NCBI GenBank assembly: GCA_016214555.1
Contig: JACROF010000003.1
Span: 930-64,929 of the forward strand
Direction: 5' to 3'
Source: Candidatus Levyibacteriota bacterium
Lineage (GTDB): Bacteria; Patescibacteriota; Microgenomatia; Levybacterales; UBA12049
DNA: 64,000 nucleotides
Made by a program: the position numbers and the translations under genes
Part shown: piece by piece, positions 1 through 10,403 of the stretch
Layout of the letters: every line of letters starts with the position of its first letter
How positions within the stretch are numbered: position 1 is the first letter of the stretch
Notes under the pieces: model-generated
What the model was told of the DNA's origin: nothing
The model's database searches: none
Seen by the model: the letters and a program-made list of their open reading frames with translations, nothing else

Positions 1-38
1 CCAGCATTCATCCTGAACCAGGATCAAATTCTCAAAAA
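1..38 (-). rRNA. rrs: 16S rRNA gene, extreme 5' end only; the gene runs off the window start
   Basis: The reverse complement of 1..33 is GAGAATTTGATCCTGGTTCAGGATGAATGCTGG. This matches the universal 16S 5' end (AGAGTTTGATCMTGGCTCAG-GATGAACGCTGG) with a few substitutions. Confidence 0.7.
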
Positions 39-222
39 AATACTTCGACTTTCGCCAAAGTACTCTGACGGTAATCGGATAAAAAAATCTGGTGTGTGCA
101 CCAGAAGGGGAAATCCAATTCCTAATTATTCCCTACCACTTTCCAGATGTCAAAGTACGAATTACGTCTTGTTAGTCCCGAAGGGACAAGTTAAGAGGTA
201 AATGAGGTAGTAGAGCTAGAGA

Positions 223-246
223 CAAAAAAAACTCGCCGAGGCGAGT
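223..246 (-). terminator. Rho-independent terminator downstream of udg
   Basis: Hairpin CTCGCC-GA-GGCGAG (232..245), preceded on the + strand by an A-run (T-run on the - strand). Confidence 0.55.
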
Positions 247-315
247 CCAATGAGATTGCTCAATTGTCTTCTCTCTACATACGTATTAGCTATTATAGCT
301 AGAATCCCACGATTG

Positions 316-900
316 TCAAGCTCCCAGAAGAGTTTTAACTCTCAGAAAATCTTCTTTAAGAAATGGCTTGAATTTATTGGGAAAACGAAGTGCTGCTGCG
401 GGGTGGTAGGTCAAGAAATATTTAATACCAGCTTGTCCTGAGCTTGCCGAAGGATCTTTTTCTTCAATGATATGACCCCTATCTTTGGTAACAAAAACTT
501 TTCTCTGCAAAACTCCTTCGGCTGCAACCCGACCAAGTAATACGACAAATTTTGGCTGAATAATCTCAAATTGCTTCATCAAATGCTCCCTGCCATGCGC
601 TATGTCATCACTTGTTGGTGTACCGCGATCTGGAAGGTATTTTACAGGGCTTGTGATGTAGACATCTTCTTGATCATCAAAACCAATTTCACGAATGAGA
701 CTTCGAAGCAGCTGTCCTGAACGGCCAATAAACGGACGTCCAGTTGCTGCTTCAGTCTTTCCAGGCGCCTCACCAATAAAAACAATATCTGCATCTGGAT
801 TCCCCTCACCTGGCACAGCCATACCACTTTTATTTTCTTTACAAACTTTACAACTCTCAATCTCTTTTGCAATTTCATCCATTGCCCTTTGTTTATTCAT
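316..900 (-). CDS. udg: Uracil-DNA glycosylase, family 4-like
   Basis: Carries GEGNPDADIVFIGEAPG and a C-terminal YHPAAAL motif, both typical of family-4 UDG. Confidence 0.8.
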   Translation of the reverse strand: MNKQRAMDEIAKEIESCKVCKENKSGMAVPGEGNPDADIVFIGEAPGKTEAATGRPFIGRSGQLLRSLIREIGFDDQEDVYITSPVKYLPDRGTPTSDDIAHGREHLMKQFEIIQPKFVVLLGRVAAEGVLQRKVFVTKDRGHIIEEKDPSASSGQAGIKYFLTYHPAAALRFPNKFKPFLKEDFLRVKTLLGA

Positions 901-996
901 TACTTTATTTTACATAATTGAGATCTTTTGGTATAGATTATTCTATTGACTCAATATATTTTGAAACGTACAATAAGATTGAAGTGCACAATGTAA

Positions 997-2079
997 ATGC
1001 CTATTTCTCCTGATATCCAAAGACCAGCACAAAGCCCTGAAGAACTTCGCGCAAAATTTGAACCAGAGGTCATCCTACGTACAGATAAAATAGAGATCAT
1101 TGCAGGAAAAGGAAATCCTAAATTAGCACAAAAAATTGCCTGGTTAGTCGGAAAAGATCTCAATGAACCAGTTACTATATTTGCAGATGGTGAAAAAAGA
1201 CTCAAAACTACTCAGGCAAACCTTAGGAAAAAAGGGGTTTTTATTATTCAGTCAATGCAGCCATCACCTGATGAACGCTTGATGGAGATGTATATCATGA
1301 TTGATGCGGTGCGTCGAGCATCAGCTGATGATATAGCAGGAGTTATTACCTACCCTGCATATATGCGTCAGGATCAAAAAGACCTCTCAAGGGTCCCTAT
1401 TAGTGCTACTGTCCCACCAAGAATTCTGCAGATGCTTGGTCTAAATAGAATGCTAAGCATGGAGCTTCATACTGGTGCACAGCAGGGTTTTTTTGATGGA
1501 CCCCATGACATTGTCGACTCGAGTTTTGTAACTGTGCCTGAAATATCATCGAGGCATCTTGCAAATCCGATAGTCGCTGCTGCAGATGTTGGCGGAACAA
1601 AACGTGCGAGGAATTTTTCTCGTCTGATGGGACTTGGGGATCGAGTGATACAAGGCGACAAGGAACGAGATACGGGAATAGAAAATGAGTCAAAGTCTCA
1701 TGGAGTTGAAGGTAATGTTAGAGGAAAAGACGTCATAATTGTTGAGGACATGATCGATACAGCAGGTACCCTTGTGGATGTGGCAAAAGCACTTAAGCAA
1801 CAAGGTGCCGAAAGTATTCGTGCTGTTGCGCCTTATGGAATTTTTTCAACCAAAATTGATCCAGAAACCTATCAACCTATTTCTGCAATTCAAAGAATTA
1901 TTGATTCAGATATTGATGAAATTATCACGACAAATGCGATACCTGCTCAACCAGGAGTTGTTGAAAGCGGAAAAGTGACATATGTAGATATTGCCCCCAT
2001 GCTTGCTGAGGCAATTCTTTGTATTCATACTGGAGAATCGATAAGCGAACGGTTGATTCTTCCAAAACCCCAGCATTAA
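997..2079 (+). CDS. prs: Ribose-phosphate pyrophosphokinase (PRPP synthetase)
   Basis: Prs-like motifs GNPKLAQKIA near the N-terminus and DMIDTAGTL (PRPP-binding). The exact start is uncertain. Confidence 0.8.
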   Translation: MPISPDIQRPAQSPEELRAKFEPEVILRTDKIEIIAGKGNPKLAQKIAWLVGKDLNEPVTIFADGEKRLKTTQANLRKKGVFIIQSMQPSPDERLMEMYIMIDAVRRASADDIAGVITYPAYMRQDQKDLSRVPISATVPPRILQMLGLNRMLSMELHTGAQQGFFDGPHDIVDSSFVTVPEISSRHLANPIVAAADVGGTKRARNFSRLMGLGDRVIQGDKERDTGIENESKSHGVEGNVRGKDVIIVEDMIDTAGTLVDVAKALKQQGAESIRAVAPYGIFSTKIDPETYQPISAIQRIIDSDIDEIITTNAIPAQPGVVESGKVTYVDIAPMLAEAILCIHTGESISERLILPKPQH

Positions 2080-2089
2080 GCACTATATA

Positions 2090-2623
2090 TTACTGGGATT
2101 TTTTCATTGCCTCAAATAAAACAATTGCCAGGCTGACCATCACATTCATAGACTTATTAACTCCCCACATAGGAATTTCTGCAATCTCATCACATGCCGC
2201 AAGTGTTTCTTGAGAAATCCCATGAGATTCATGACCTACAACCAATGCAAGAGGCAATGAATAATCAATCTGATCATATGGCCTACTTTTTTTGTCTAAT
2301 TCAACCGCCACTACTTGCAAGTCTTTAATCTCAAATCGCAAATCTTTAATCGCCTCAACTGCAGTCTCTGCGTACTCCCACTGGACCCATTCAGTAGTAT
2401 TAATTGAGGCTTTTTTGATCCTAGTATCAGGTGGAGTCTCTGTCCTACCACAAAGAATAACTTTCTTTGCAGCAACTGCATCAGCGAGTCGAAAAATCGC
2501 TCCCGTATTATACGTATCCAAAACATTATCTACTATAATATAGACTGGATTTTTCTTAATTTTTGAAACTTCTTTTGGATCAGCAATCGTAGTACGAAGC
2601 TCTGCAGCACCTAATTTAATCAT
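2090..2623 (-). CDS. SpoU/TrmH-family RNA 2'-O-methyltransferase
   Basis: YNTGAIFRLADAVAA and a C-terminal SpoU-type knot region (EIPMWGVNKSMNV). Confidence 0.65.
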   Translation of the reverse strand: MIKLGAAELRTTIADPKEVSKIKKNPVYIIVDNVLDTYNTGAIFRLADAVAAKKVILCGRTETPPDTRIKKASINTTEWVQWEYAETAVEAIKDLRFEIKDLQVVAVELDKKSRPYDQIDYSLPLALVVGHESHGISQETLAACDEIAEIPMWGVNKSMNVMVSLAIVLFEAMKKSQ

Positions 2624-2646
2624 AACATGAATTATACACTATCGGC

Positions 2647-3525
2647 CTATTGTGTGGAAGTAGAAGACTCTTTTAGCTGTTTGAGTTGTTCTTGGAGACT
2701 TTTAATCGTAACTTTTAGCTGCGCTAGCTCCTGTTCACGTTGTTTTCGAAGTTGCTCAACCTTGACAAGGTAGTCTTGTATTGCTTTTTGTCTTTGAGCA
2801 ATAAGTGCTTTTCTTTGCTGCTGCTGGGCAGAACGGGATGCTTCTTGTTGCTCTTTTTTCAACTTTACTTCTGCAGCTCGACTTGCGAGCTTTTGATAGG
2901 CTGCAAATCTCTTGTCAAGCTTTTCATTTGAACTAGTTACTCCCATCACTGCTTCGTCAAGTTCCTGATCCAAATTTGCAGCAAGCTCATGCTCTCGATC
3001 TCCCATTGGTAGTGCTTCCTCTGTAGCTAATTTTGCATCCCACAACACATCTGCTGCTGCAGTAAGTTTTTGCTCAAATACGGTATCTGGCATCTGAGAC
3101 CTAACCTGTAAAAGAATACTTCGATAATCAGCCAATCCTTGATGAATTGTCCTCGCAAGTTGTGTGACGTCTTTCCCTTGAGCAAAAGCGTCTTTCACTT
3201 CTTTTGCAGCTGCCATTGTCTCAATTTGCAATTCTGAAAGTGCTTGATCAATACCTGCTTGATTGTTACGAGAAGTTTCAACGCGAAGCTCTGCCAAACG
3301 TTCATAAGCAATCTGCATATGAAGTTTTGCTTTGTTTTCGGGAGTAAAAACAAATGATAACCTAGTTTTTTGATAAAGCTTATCAAGAAAATACAATGGG
3401 CTATCAGGAAGAATATAGCCTGGACCTGCTGTTACATCAGGAAAAGAAATTTTTTGTCCATCATCAGCAACTGCTACTGGAACAAAAAAAAGAAGAAGAG
3501 CAAAAAAGGGCAATATTCGCCTCAT
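2647..3525 (-). CDS. Secreted coiled-coil protein of unknown function
   Basis: N-terminal signal peptide (MRRILPFFALLLFFVPVAVA) and a long Q/E/K-rich coiled-coil C-terminus. Confidence 0.4.
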   Translation of the reverse strand: MRRILPFFALLLFFVPVAVADDGQKISFPDVTAGPGYILPDSPLYFLDKLYQKTRLSFVFTPENKAKLHMQIAYERLAELRVETSRNNQAGIDQALSELQIETMAAAKEVKDAFAQGKDVTQLARTIHQGLADYRSILLQVRSQMPDTVFEQKLTAAADVLWDAKLATEEALPMGDREHELAANLDQELDEAVMGVTSSNEKLDKRFAAYQKLASRAAEVKLKKEQQEASRSAQQQQRKALIAQRQKAIQDYLVKVEQLRKQREQELAQLKVTIKSLQEQLKQLKESSTSTQ

Positions 3526-3599
3526 ATGAACATATTGTGTACACCTTTGCAGTAATTTGTCAAGAACATGTATTATTTTGTTATACTATCTAGTACTTT

Positions 3600-4067
3600 A
3601 TGACAGCAACTGGCCATGCACTTTTAGGCGTCGCACTCGCAGCGGCTATCCCAAACCCTCTCATAGGAATACCTACAGCCATTATTTCACATGTTGCAGC
3701 TGATGCTTTTCCGCACTGGGATACTGGGACAAATCTTAAAAGAAATAATCCAAAATCCAAAAAAACAAAACTGCAATTTGTCATCCAATCATACATCGAT
3801 CTAGGAGTAAGTTTTGTTCTTCCCTATACTGTGATGCAGATTTTCTTCCCACACCTCAATATTTTGTATGGATATTCCATGATAATAGCAGCACAACTTT
3901 TTGATTGGCTTGCAGCACCTTATATTTTCCTTGATTGGAAATTTCCTCCATTTTCCTGGGTTTCTTCACTTCAGAAAATGTTTGATCACAGACTTGATAA
4001 ACCTTGGGGAATTATTGGACAAGTGGCTATTATTGCCTTCTTTCTCTATGTAGCAATACTTGTTTAA
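3600..4067 (+). CDS. Small integral membrane protein, unknown function
   Basis: Four hydrophobic segments; no recognisable motif. Confidence 0.35.
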   Translation: MTATGHALLGVALAAAIPNPLIGIPTAIISHVAADAFPHWDTGTNLKRNNPKSKKTKLQFVIQSYIDLGVSFVLPYTVMQIFFPHLNILYGYSMIIAAQLFDWLAAPYIFLDWKFPPFSWVSSLQKMFDHRLDKPWGIIGQVAIIAFFLYVAILV

Positions 4068-4072
4068 AACAA

Positions 4073-6142
4073 TTATTCTTCCTTTTTAATATCCTCTAAC
4101 TTCCAGCTAGCAAAAGTGCAGTTGGGATAGTTACTGCAGCCATAAAATTTTCTTCCTTTTCGAGTTTTCTTGATAATAATTTTTCCTGGATTTGATGGAA
4201 GATTGCCATCTTTTGGACAGGATAGCTTAGTTTCTTCAATAAGAGGTTTTGTAAATTTACACGTAGGAAAAGTACTGCATGACACAAATTTTCCAAATTT
4301 CCCTGTTCTGATTACAAGATCTGAACCACAATCAGGGCACTTCTCTCCTGTCTTTTCTGTCTCAATTTTTATCCGGTCAGCATCTTTTACATCAAGTAAT
4401 TTTTGAGAAAAAGGTTTATAGAATTCTTTCATCATATCTATCCATCTGGTATCTCCGCTCGCAATGCCATCCAACTTATCCTCCATTTGGGCTGTAAAAG
4501 GAATATCGTCAATTGATGAAAAATTTGTTACCAAAAAATCATTTACCGCAGCTCCAACAGGCGTTGCTTCAAATCTTTTCTCAACCCTTTCAACATATGA
4601 CCGATCGACAAGTGTTGAGATGATTGAAGCATAGGTCGATGGTCTCCCAATCCCTTTCTCCTCAAGAGTCGCGATAATTGAAGCGTCATTATACCGTGGA
4701 GGTGGAGGCGTCTCATGATGCTCTCCATAAACAGACTTAGCTACCAAGACTTCATTAACTTGAAACTTTGGTAGCTTATTATCCTGAAGTGCTTGAGGAT
4801 TAATTTTTAAAAATCCGTCAAAAATTAGCACAGAACCACTTGCTTTGAATGTATAGCTGTGTTTTTTACCTTTCGAATTTACGAAAACAGTCGTTGACTC
4901 AATAAGCGCATCGCTCATCTGAGAAGCCACTGCCCTTTTCCAAATTAATTCATAGAGTCTTGCGCAGTCTTTACCAAGAGATGACTCAATCGATGCAACA
5001 TATGAGCTTGTGAGTTCTTCAAACTTTGTGGGTCTTATTGCTTCATGAGCTTCCTGGGCTGATTTTTGCTTGGCAGTATAGACACGTGATTGAGGTGGAA
5101 TATACTTATCCCCATAAGCTTTTTTGACATAAGCTCTCATTTGATTGACAGCAACAGGTGAGAGTGTTGTCGAGTCTGTCCTGTGATAAGAGATAAATCC
5201 TTCCTCATACAACTTCTGCGCAAGACTCATGGTTCTTTTTCCTGAATAGCCATATCGTCGTGATGCGTCTTGCTGAAGCGTTGAGGTAGTAAAAGGCGCA
5301 TAAGGACTCCTCTTTGCCTGCTTTTGAGAAATATCTAACACAACGTAATTGCTGTTTTTTAAATCAGTGATGATATCCTCTGATTTTTCCTCCGTATCTA
5401 TTATTGTTTTGGAAGTTTTGTATGTTCCATCATAGAGCTCAAATGATTTTGACTGCTCAATTTTTTTCTCATCGATTTCAACTAGATCAAAAACTACTTC
5501 ACTCCCTTTTATCTTGTCTTTGGACAACTCTGCATGGATAGACCAATAACTCTCTTTGGAAAATTTTTCAATTTCCCGCTCTCGCTCAACAATCAGACGA
5601 AGCGCGACACTCTGAACTCTACCTGCCGATAATCCTCTTCGCACTTTTTGCCAGAGAAGTGGCGACAACTTATAACCAACAAGTCTATCCAAAACCCGTC
5701 TTGCAATTTGTGCATCTACCAAATGAGTATCAACATTTCTGGGGTGCTTAACTGCTTCTTTAATAGCGTCTTGTGTAATTTCATGAAAGACTATCCTTTG
5801 AAATTTTAAATTTTTAATTTTTAATTTTAAATTTGAGCTGAGAACATCTTTGATGTTTGAAGCTATTGCTTCTCCCTCACGATCAGGATCTGTTGCTAAA
5901 ATAATACTGTCTGCATTTTTTGCTGCTGATTTTAATTCGCTAATAAGTTTTTTCTTATCTGCAATTACTATCAAATCTGGCTTAAAGTCATGTTCGACAT
6001 CAACACCAAGTGTGCTCTTCGGAAGATCCATAATATGACCCATTGAATATTTGATCACGTAATCATCTCCCAAATATTTTGAGATAGTTCTTGCCTTGGT
6101 GGGTGATTCAACTATTACTAAATTTTTCATATAAAAAAGCAA
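4073..6142 (-). CDS. topA: DNA topoisomerase I
   Basis: N-terminal TOPRIM (VIVESPTKARTISKYLG), an active-site region, and C-terminal C4 zinc ribbons (CPDCGS, CSTFPTC, CSNYPNC). Confidence 0.9.
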   Translation of the reverse strand: MLFYMKNLVIVESPTKARTISKYLGDDYVIKYSMGHIMDLPKSTLGVDVEHDFKPDLIVIADKKKLISELKSAAKNADSIILATDPDREGEAIASNIKDVLSSNLKLKIKNLKFQRIVFHEITQDAIKEAVKHPRNVDTHLVDAQIARRVLDRLVGYKLSPLLWQKVRRGLSAGRVQSVALRLIVEREREIEKFSKESYWSIHAELSKDKIKGSEVVFDLVEIDEKKIEQSKSFELYDGTYKTSKTIIDTEEKSEDIITDLKNSNYVVLDISQKQAKRSPYAPFTTSTLQQDASRRYGYSGKRTMSLAQKLYEEGFISYHRTDSTTLSPVAVNQMRAYVKKAYGDKYIPPQSRVYTAKQKSAQEAHEAIRPTKFEELTSSYVASIESSLGKDCARLYELIWKRAVASQMSDALIESTTVFVNSKGKKHSYTFKASGSVLIFDGFLKINPQALQDNKLPKFQVNEVLVAKSVYGEHHETPPPPRYNDASIIATLEEKGIGRPSTYASIISTLVDRSYVERVEKRFEATPVGAAVNDFLVTNFSSIDDIPFTAQMEDKLDGIASGDTRWIDMMKEFYKPFSQKLLDVKDADRIKIETEKTGEKCPDCGSDLVIRTGKFGKFVSCSTFPTCKFTKPLIEETKLSCPKDGNLPSNPGKIIIKKTRKGRKFYGCSNYPNCTFASWKLEDIKKEE

Positions 6143-6241
6143 TAAGATTAATCAAAAAGATTTAGGCAGCAATACAATTTGGTTTGACTTATTGCTTGAA
6201 TATTGTAGTCACCATTATACAAGCACTGTCAAGTAGAGGTA

Positions 6242-7324
6242 TCAATAACCTAACAAATGGTACTTCCCTTGGTCCGATTTACGAAGAATTTTTTTGATCT
6301 CCATAACAGACAAAATGATATTCAACCTTGAAGGATCAAAAGAAATTCTTTTTACAAGCTCATCAAACGTTAACTCTTCATGAGCTAATAAAGTAATAAT
6401 AGTTTGCTCGTCCGGTACATCGCTTTTGAATAATGTATGTTTTATCATTGGTGATGCTTCACCTAAAGAACTCAAGATATCATCACCTGATGTGACAAGT
6501 ACAGCTCCCTTTTTAAGAAGCTTATTGGGTCCCTTTGAAAGACTGGATGTGATAGGACCAGGTATTGCAAAAACAGACCTTTTGTTAACAAAACAGTCCT
6601 CAGCAGTAATCAAAGCACCACTATCCTCTGCCCCTTCAGTGACAACTATTGCCTTTGATAGTCCAGCGATAATACGATTTCTTGATGGAAAAGAACCTTT
6701 AGTAGGCTGAGATCCCGGTGGGTATTCTGAAACAATCAAGCTGCCCTCTGACAAGATCCTTTCATAAATTTTTTCATTTTCTTTCGGAAAACAAAGATCT
6801 ACCCCGCATCCCAAAACAGCGATAGTTTTCCCTTTGTTCTCAAGCGCTGTCTGGTGAGCAATAGCGTCAACTCCCATCGCAAGACCAGAAATAATGCAAA
6901 AATTTGCCTCAACGAGCTCACGAGTCACCATTTCAGTCACCTGTCGACCATATGTCGTTATTTTTCTAGTTCCAACAACACCAAGAGTATTTTGTAACAA
7001 AAACAAATCAGGATTCCCTTTCCCAAAAAGCACAAAAGGTGGATTTGCACTCTGCCTTAGCAACTCAGGATAATCATTATCTGCTAATGTGACAAACCAT
7101 ATATTTTTTGCCTCAAGATTTTTAACGTAAGAATCAAGGGAGAAATTCTTTTTGAAAACAAAAAACTTTTGAGCTAGGGCAGGTTTTGCTATCGCTTCAA
7201 AACTACTCTCTGATGCATTCCAAGCATTTTCTGCTGAACCAAAAGCTTCCAGAAGCTGGCGAAATTTTTTAGGTCCAATTCCTGGAAAAAGTGAAAATCC
7301 TAACCAATATAATTTTTCTTGCAT
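6242..7324 (-). CDS. dprA: DNA processing protein DprA/Smf
   Basis: Rossmann-like DprA core (GLAMGVDAIAHQTAL, SEYPPGSQP) and a C-terminal winged helix. Confidence 0.8.
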   Translation of the reverse strand: MQEKLYWLGFSLFPGIGPKKFRQLLEAFGSAENAWNASESSFEAIAKPALAQKFFVFKKNFSLDSYVKNLEAKNIWFVTLADNDYPELLRQSANPPFVLFGKGNPDLFLLQNTLGVVGTRKITTYGRQVTEMVTRELVEANFCIISGLAMGVDAIAHQTALENKGKTIAVLGCGVDLCFPKENEKIYERILSEGSLIVSEYPPGSQPTKGSFPSRNRIIAGLSKAIVVTEGAEDSGALITAEDCFVNKRSVFAIPGPITSSLSKGPNKLLKKGAVLVTSGDDILSSLGEASPMIKHTLFKSDVPDEQTIITLLAHEELTFDELVKRISFDPSRLNIILSVMEIKKILRKSDQGKYHLLGY

Positions 7325-7371
7325 GAGAGAATAAATTCAGTATAGCAAGGACTAGAAGATAACAAAAAAAA

Positions 7372-9150
7372 TCAATGGAGATTGCCAAAATACGACTCGA
7401 GAATTTTCTTAGCAATTGGTCCTGCTTCACTTGAGCCCTCACCTGATGATTCGTTGAGAACAGTAATAATAATTTGTGGGTCATAGGCAGGAGCATACAG
7501 CGTGATCCACGCATGAGGAAGTGTCTCCTCGGTACCATGCTGAGCTGTTCCCGTTTTGCATGCTATCGATATATGACGATAATCACTCAATGCGGCAGAA
7601 TTACTTGCTTGAGGATCTGGTAATATATTTTTCCCATCGATTCTTAATTCTGAATTCTTAATTCTGAATTGGAACAATGGCCATGCTGTTCCTCCTGTGT
7701 CGCATGCCCCAATCATGCCAGAACGAATAAGAGAAATATCCTCTTTTGATAAAGGCACTTTAGCAATAACTTCTTCGCGAGCGTTCTTCAAAAGATGAGG
7801 CTTATACAATTTTCCTCCATTGGCAATAGCTTGAGTCCATGCGTTAACCTGGAGAGGAGATGTTAATAAATACCCTTGCCCAATACCATAGATATAGGTG
7901 TCCCCTAAATACCACTCCTCACCTACATTTTTTTGCTTCCATTTTTCATCAGGCAAAACACCCGATGCCTCACCGGGAAGGTCTATACCAAGCTTTTTCC
8001 CAACCCCCATATTTTTGGAAGTTTCTACAATAGTTGACAAGCCAATTTTTGCTGCTAATTCATAGAAAAAAATATCATTGGACCTGGCAAGCGCTTTCAC
8101 TACATCTACCTCACCTTCTGTTCTACCATATTGGCTAAAATACCAATTTGAGTAGGAATATGGTCCAATAGTAATTTTTCCTTTATCAGTAACCTTATAA
8201 GACCCATCAATTTTTTTACTTTCCAGCGCTCCTGCTGCCATCACAATTTTAAATGTAGAACCCGGTGGATAGGTTCCTGAAATTGCACGGTCTAAGAGTG
8301 GCTGATTTTCTCCTGTAAGTATTGCTGACACTGTTGGATATGCCGTATTAGTAGCTTTATATGACTGAGTCAGTGTGAAAAGATTTGGATCAAATGATGG
8401 CTTGGACATCAGTGCTAATACCTCACCATTTGGAGTCGTCACAACAACCGCCCCTTTATGAACATCTTTCATCGCATCGTAAGCTGATTGCTGTAATCTT
8501 GCATCAAGAGTAAGCAGGAGGTCGTGACCTGGAGTTGGATCTGTCTGACCAAGTATCCTTACTTCCTTTCCTGATGCGTCCACTTCAACAAGTCGCTTCC
8601 CATTTATTCCCTTAAGAAATGGTTCATACTGATACTCAATTCCTGTCTTACCTATAAAATCAGTAATATCATAATCTTGATAAAGCGGAGAGTTCAATTG
8701 CTCTTTATCTACCTGCCCAACATATCCTAAAACATGTGCCATTGCATCTTTAAAAGGATACTGCCTCAAAGAATCAACAAACAATGACTTATCGCCTTTT
8801 GCTATTTTTTCAAGCGCATCTTCTTGCGTTAAAAGTTTTGTTTTCTCTCCGATCGTCTGACGAAATCCTGGAATATTATAGATAAGCGGAATCCCGTTTC
8901 TGTCAAAAATAACGCCTCTTGGGGCATAAATTATTGATGTCCTAATACGATTTGAGTCAGAGAGACCTCGATAAAAATCACCTCTTATAATCTGCAAAAA
9001 AACAATTCTAAAAAAAAGAATACCGCCAAAAAGAGCAACAAAAAGAATAAGAATTTGCGATCTCATACCACGAGAAATATTTTCAGAAAAGGTATGACGT
9101 TTGATTTTTTCTGTCCTGATTGCGTCTGGAAATGCTATACCATGCTTCAT
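7372..9150 (-). CDS. mrdA: Penicillin-binding protein 2 (peptidoglycan transpeptidase)
   Basis: N-terminal TM segment and an STFK active-site motif. Sits immediately downstream of mreBCD. Confidence 0.8.
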   Translation of the reverse strand: MKHGIAFPDAIRTEKIKRHTFSENISRGMRSQILILFVALFGGILFFRIVFLQIIRGDFYRGLSDSNRIRTSIIYAPRGVIFDRNGIPLIYNIPGFRQTIGEKTKLLTQEDALEKIAKGDKSLFVDSLRQYPFKDAMAHVLGYVGQVDKEQLNSPLYQDYDITDFIGKTGIEYQYEPFLKGINGKRLVEVDASGKEVRILGQTDPTPGHDLLLTLDARLQQSAYDAMKDVHKGAVVVTTPNGEVLALMSKPSFDPNLFTLTQSYKATNTAYPTVSAILTGENQPLLDRAISGTYPPGSTFKIVMAAGALESKKIDGSYKVTDKGKITIGPYSYSNWYFSQYGRTEGEVDVVKALARSNDIFFYELAAKIGLSTIVETSKNMGVGKKLGIDLPGEASGVLPDEKWKQKNVGEEWYLGDTYIYGIGQGYLLTSPLQVNAWTQAIANGGKLYKPHLLKNAREEVIAKVPLSKEDISLIRSGMIGACDTGGTAWPLFQFRIKNSELRIDGKNILPDPQASNSAALSDYRHISIACKTGTAQHGTEETLPHAWITLYAPAYDPQIIITVLNESSGEGSSEAGPIAKKILESYFGNLH

Positions 9151-9569
9151 ATCAAATGTTTTGCTGTCTTTTGTCCCAAAATAACAGAAAAAAGAAGAAA
9201 GTTAGCTGATGCAACAATACTACTTATGATAATTTGCAAAAAAGGGTGAGGTGATGGATACACAAAAAAATATGCTGAAGAAAGAACCACTGATGCTCCC
9301 ACTATAAAAGGAAGAGATTTTGTTTCAAATTTTCTCTCATAAAGAAAAACAAGTAGTACACTGCAAATAAAAAAAAGGCTACTTTGCCCGATATGTCTCA
9401 CAAGAAATATATCGATAAGTAATCCAAATATAAATGACAAACCAAAAACAAAAGTGTCTTTGGTAAAAACAGTTACTAATAATAGGGCCATTAAAACAAT
9501 TGGCAGAGAAGTAAAAACAGCTTCAATATACAAAGCTATAATAAGCAAAAAAACAAGTGCTATTTTCAT
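9147..9569 (-). CDS. mreD: Probable rod shape-determining protein MreD
   Basis: Small polytopic membrane protein between mreC and mrdA, with a 4-nt overlap to mrdA. The call rests on position. Confidence 0.45.
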   Translation of the reverse strand: MKIALVFLLIIALYIEAVFTSLPIVLMALLLVTVFTKDTFVFGLSFIFGLLIDIFLVRHIGQSSLFFICSVLLVFLYERKFETKSLPFIVGASVVLSSAYFFVYPSPHPFLQIIISSIVASANFLLFSVILGQKTAKHLI

Positions 9570-9575
9570 AAATAA

Positions 9576-10361
9576 TTATCGATGGACAAATACAGTAGTG
9601 AGTCTTGGGATATCCACCAATCGAGAGAGTTTTGCTGTTTGGAAAAGTGAACTTGGTTTTTTTTCAATGGATATAATCTTTCCTATTTGTAAATCAGAAA
9701 TAACACCAACACCATCGATATCAACACTTCCTTTAGTCAATACAATATCGTTTTTCTTTAACTCATCTGAAAGAACCACGTTGTCAAGTAAAAATTCTCC
9801 ATTCCCTTGTCCTTTCACAACACCAAGCGCCTGAGTTTCAGACGTAATAGCTGTTACTGAAAATCTCTTATGAAAACTCAAGTCAACAAGTGATACATGT
9901 TCACGAACCTCACTGATCTGCCCGATGAGAACATTTTCATACACAACTGTCATTCCCTTTGCCAAACCATCGCTTGCTCCTTTATCAATAACAAATTGCT
10001 CTGGGAGTGAGTAGCCTGGAAGAAATGATTTCATCCCAACAACCTTTGCAGGAAGAAGCTTAGAGAATTCTAATTTCTCTGTAGCAAATTGGTCTCGAAG
10101 AGCGTTGATTTCTTTTTGCTGCTGTTTGCTTGCTATAAGCTGTGACTGAAGCGAGGCAATCTGCTGACGGAGCCTATCGATCTCTGAGCTTCCAGTTGTT
10201 ACTGCGTATGCAGTAAATGACACGCTCCTCACTATATTACTTGGACCCTCTAAAAAACCACTCACCATCCTACCCATTGCGGATCGAAAGAAAAGAAAAC
10301 TAAGTATTGAAAGAAAAAAGAAGAAAAGAAAACTGAGAAAAAAATTCCCGCGTCGTGGCAT
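9576..10361 (-). CDS. mreC: Rod shape-determining protein MreC
   Basis: N-terminal TM, a coiled coil, and a C-terminal beta-rich MreC domain. Lies downstream of mreB. Confidence 0.7.
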   Translation of the reverse strand: MPRRGNFFLSFLFFFFLSILSFLFFRSAMGRMVSGFLEGPSNIVRSVSFTAYAVTTGSSEIDRLRQQIASLQSQLIASKQQQKEINALRDQFATEKLEFSKLLPAKVVGMKSFLPGYSLPEQFVIDKGASDGLAKGMTVVYENVLIGQISEVREHVSLVDLSFHKRFSVTAITSETQALGVVKGQGNGEFLLDNVVLSDELKKNDIVLTKGSVDIDGVGVISDLQIGKIISIEKKPSSLFQTAKLSRLVDIPRLTTVFVHR

Positions 10362-10403
10362 GGGAACTATTGTAGCACGATAGAAGTCGAGGTCAAGTTT
10401 GGT

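Noticed and set aside
250-441. ORF 250..441 and similar short ORFs antisense to real genes (for example 1406..1693, 6426..6710, 10990..11214).
   Set aside because: They lie in the rRNA promoter region or antisense to well-supported genes, with no RBS or terminator.
7620-7690. Tandem repeat CTTAATTCTGAATT x2.
   Set aside because: It lies inside the mrdA reading frame and encodes SELRIKNSELRI, a small in-frame duplication rather than a regulatory element.
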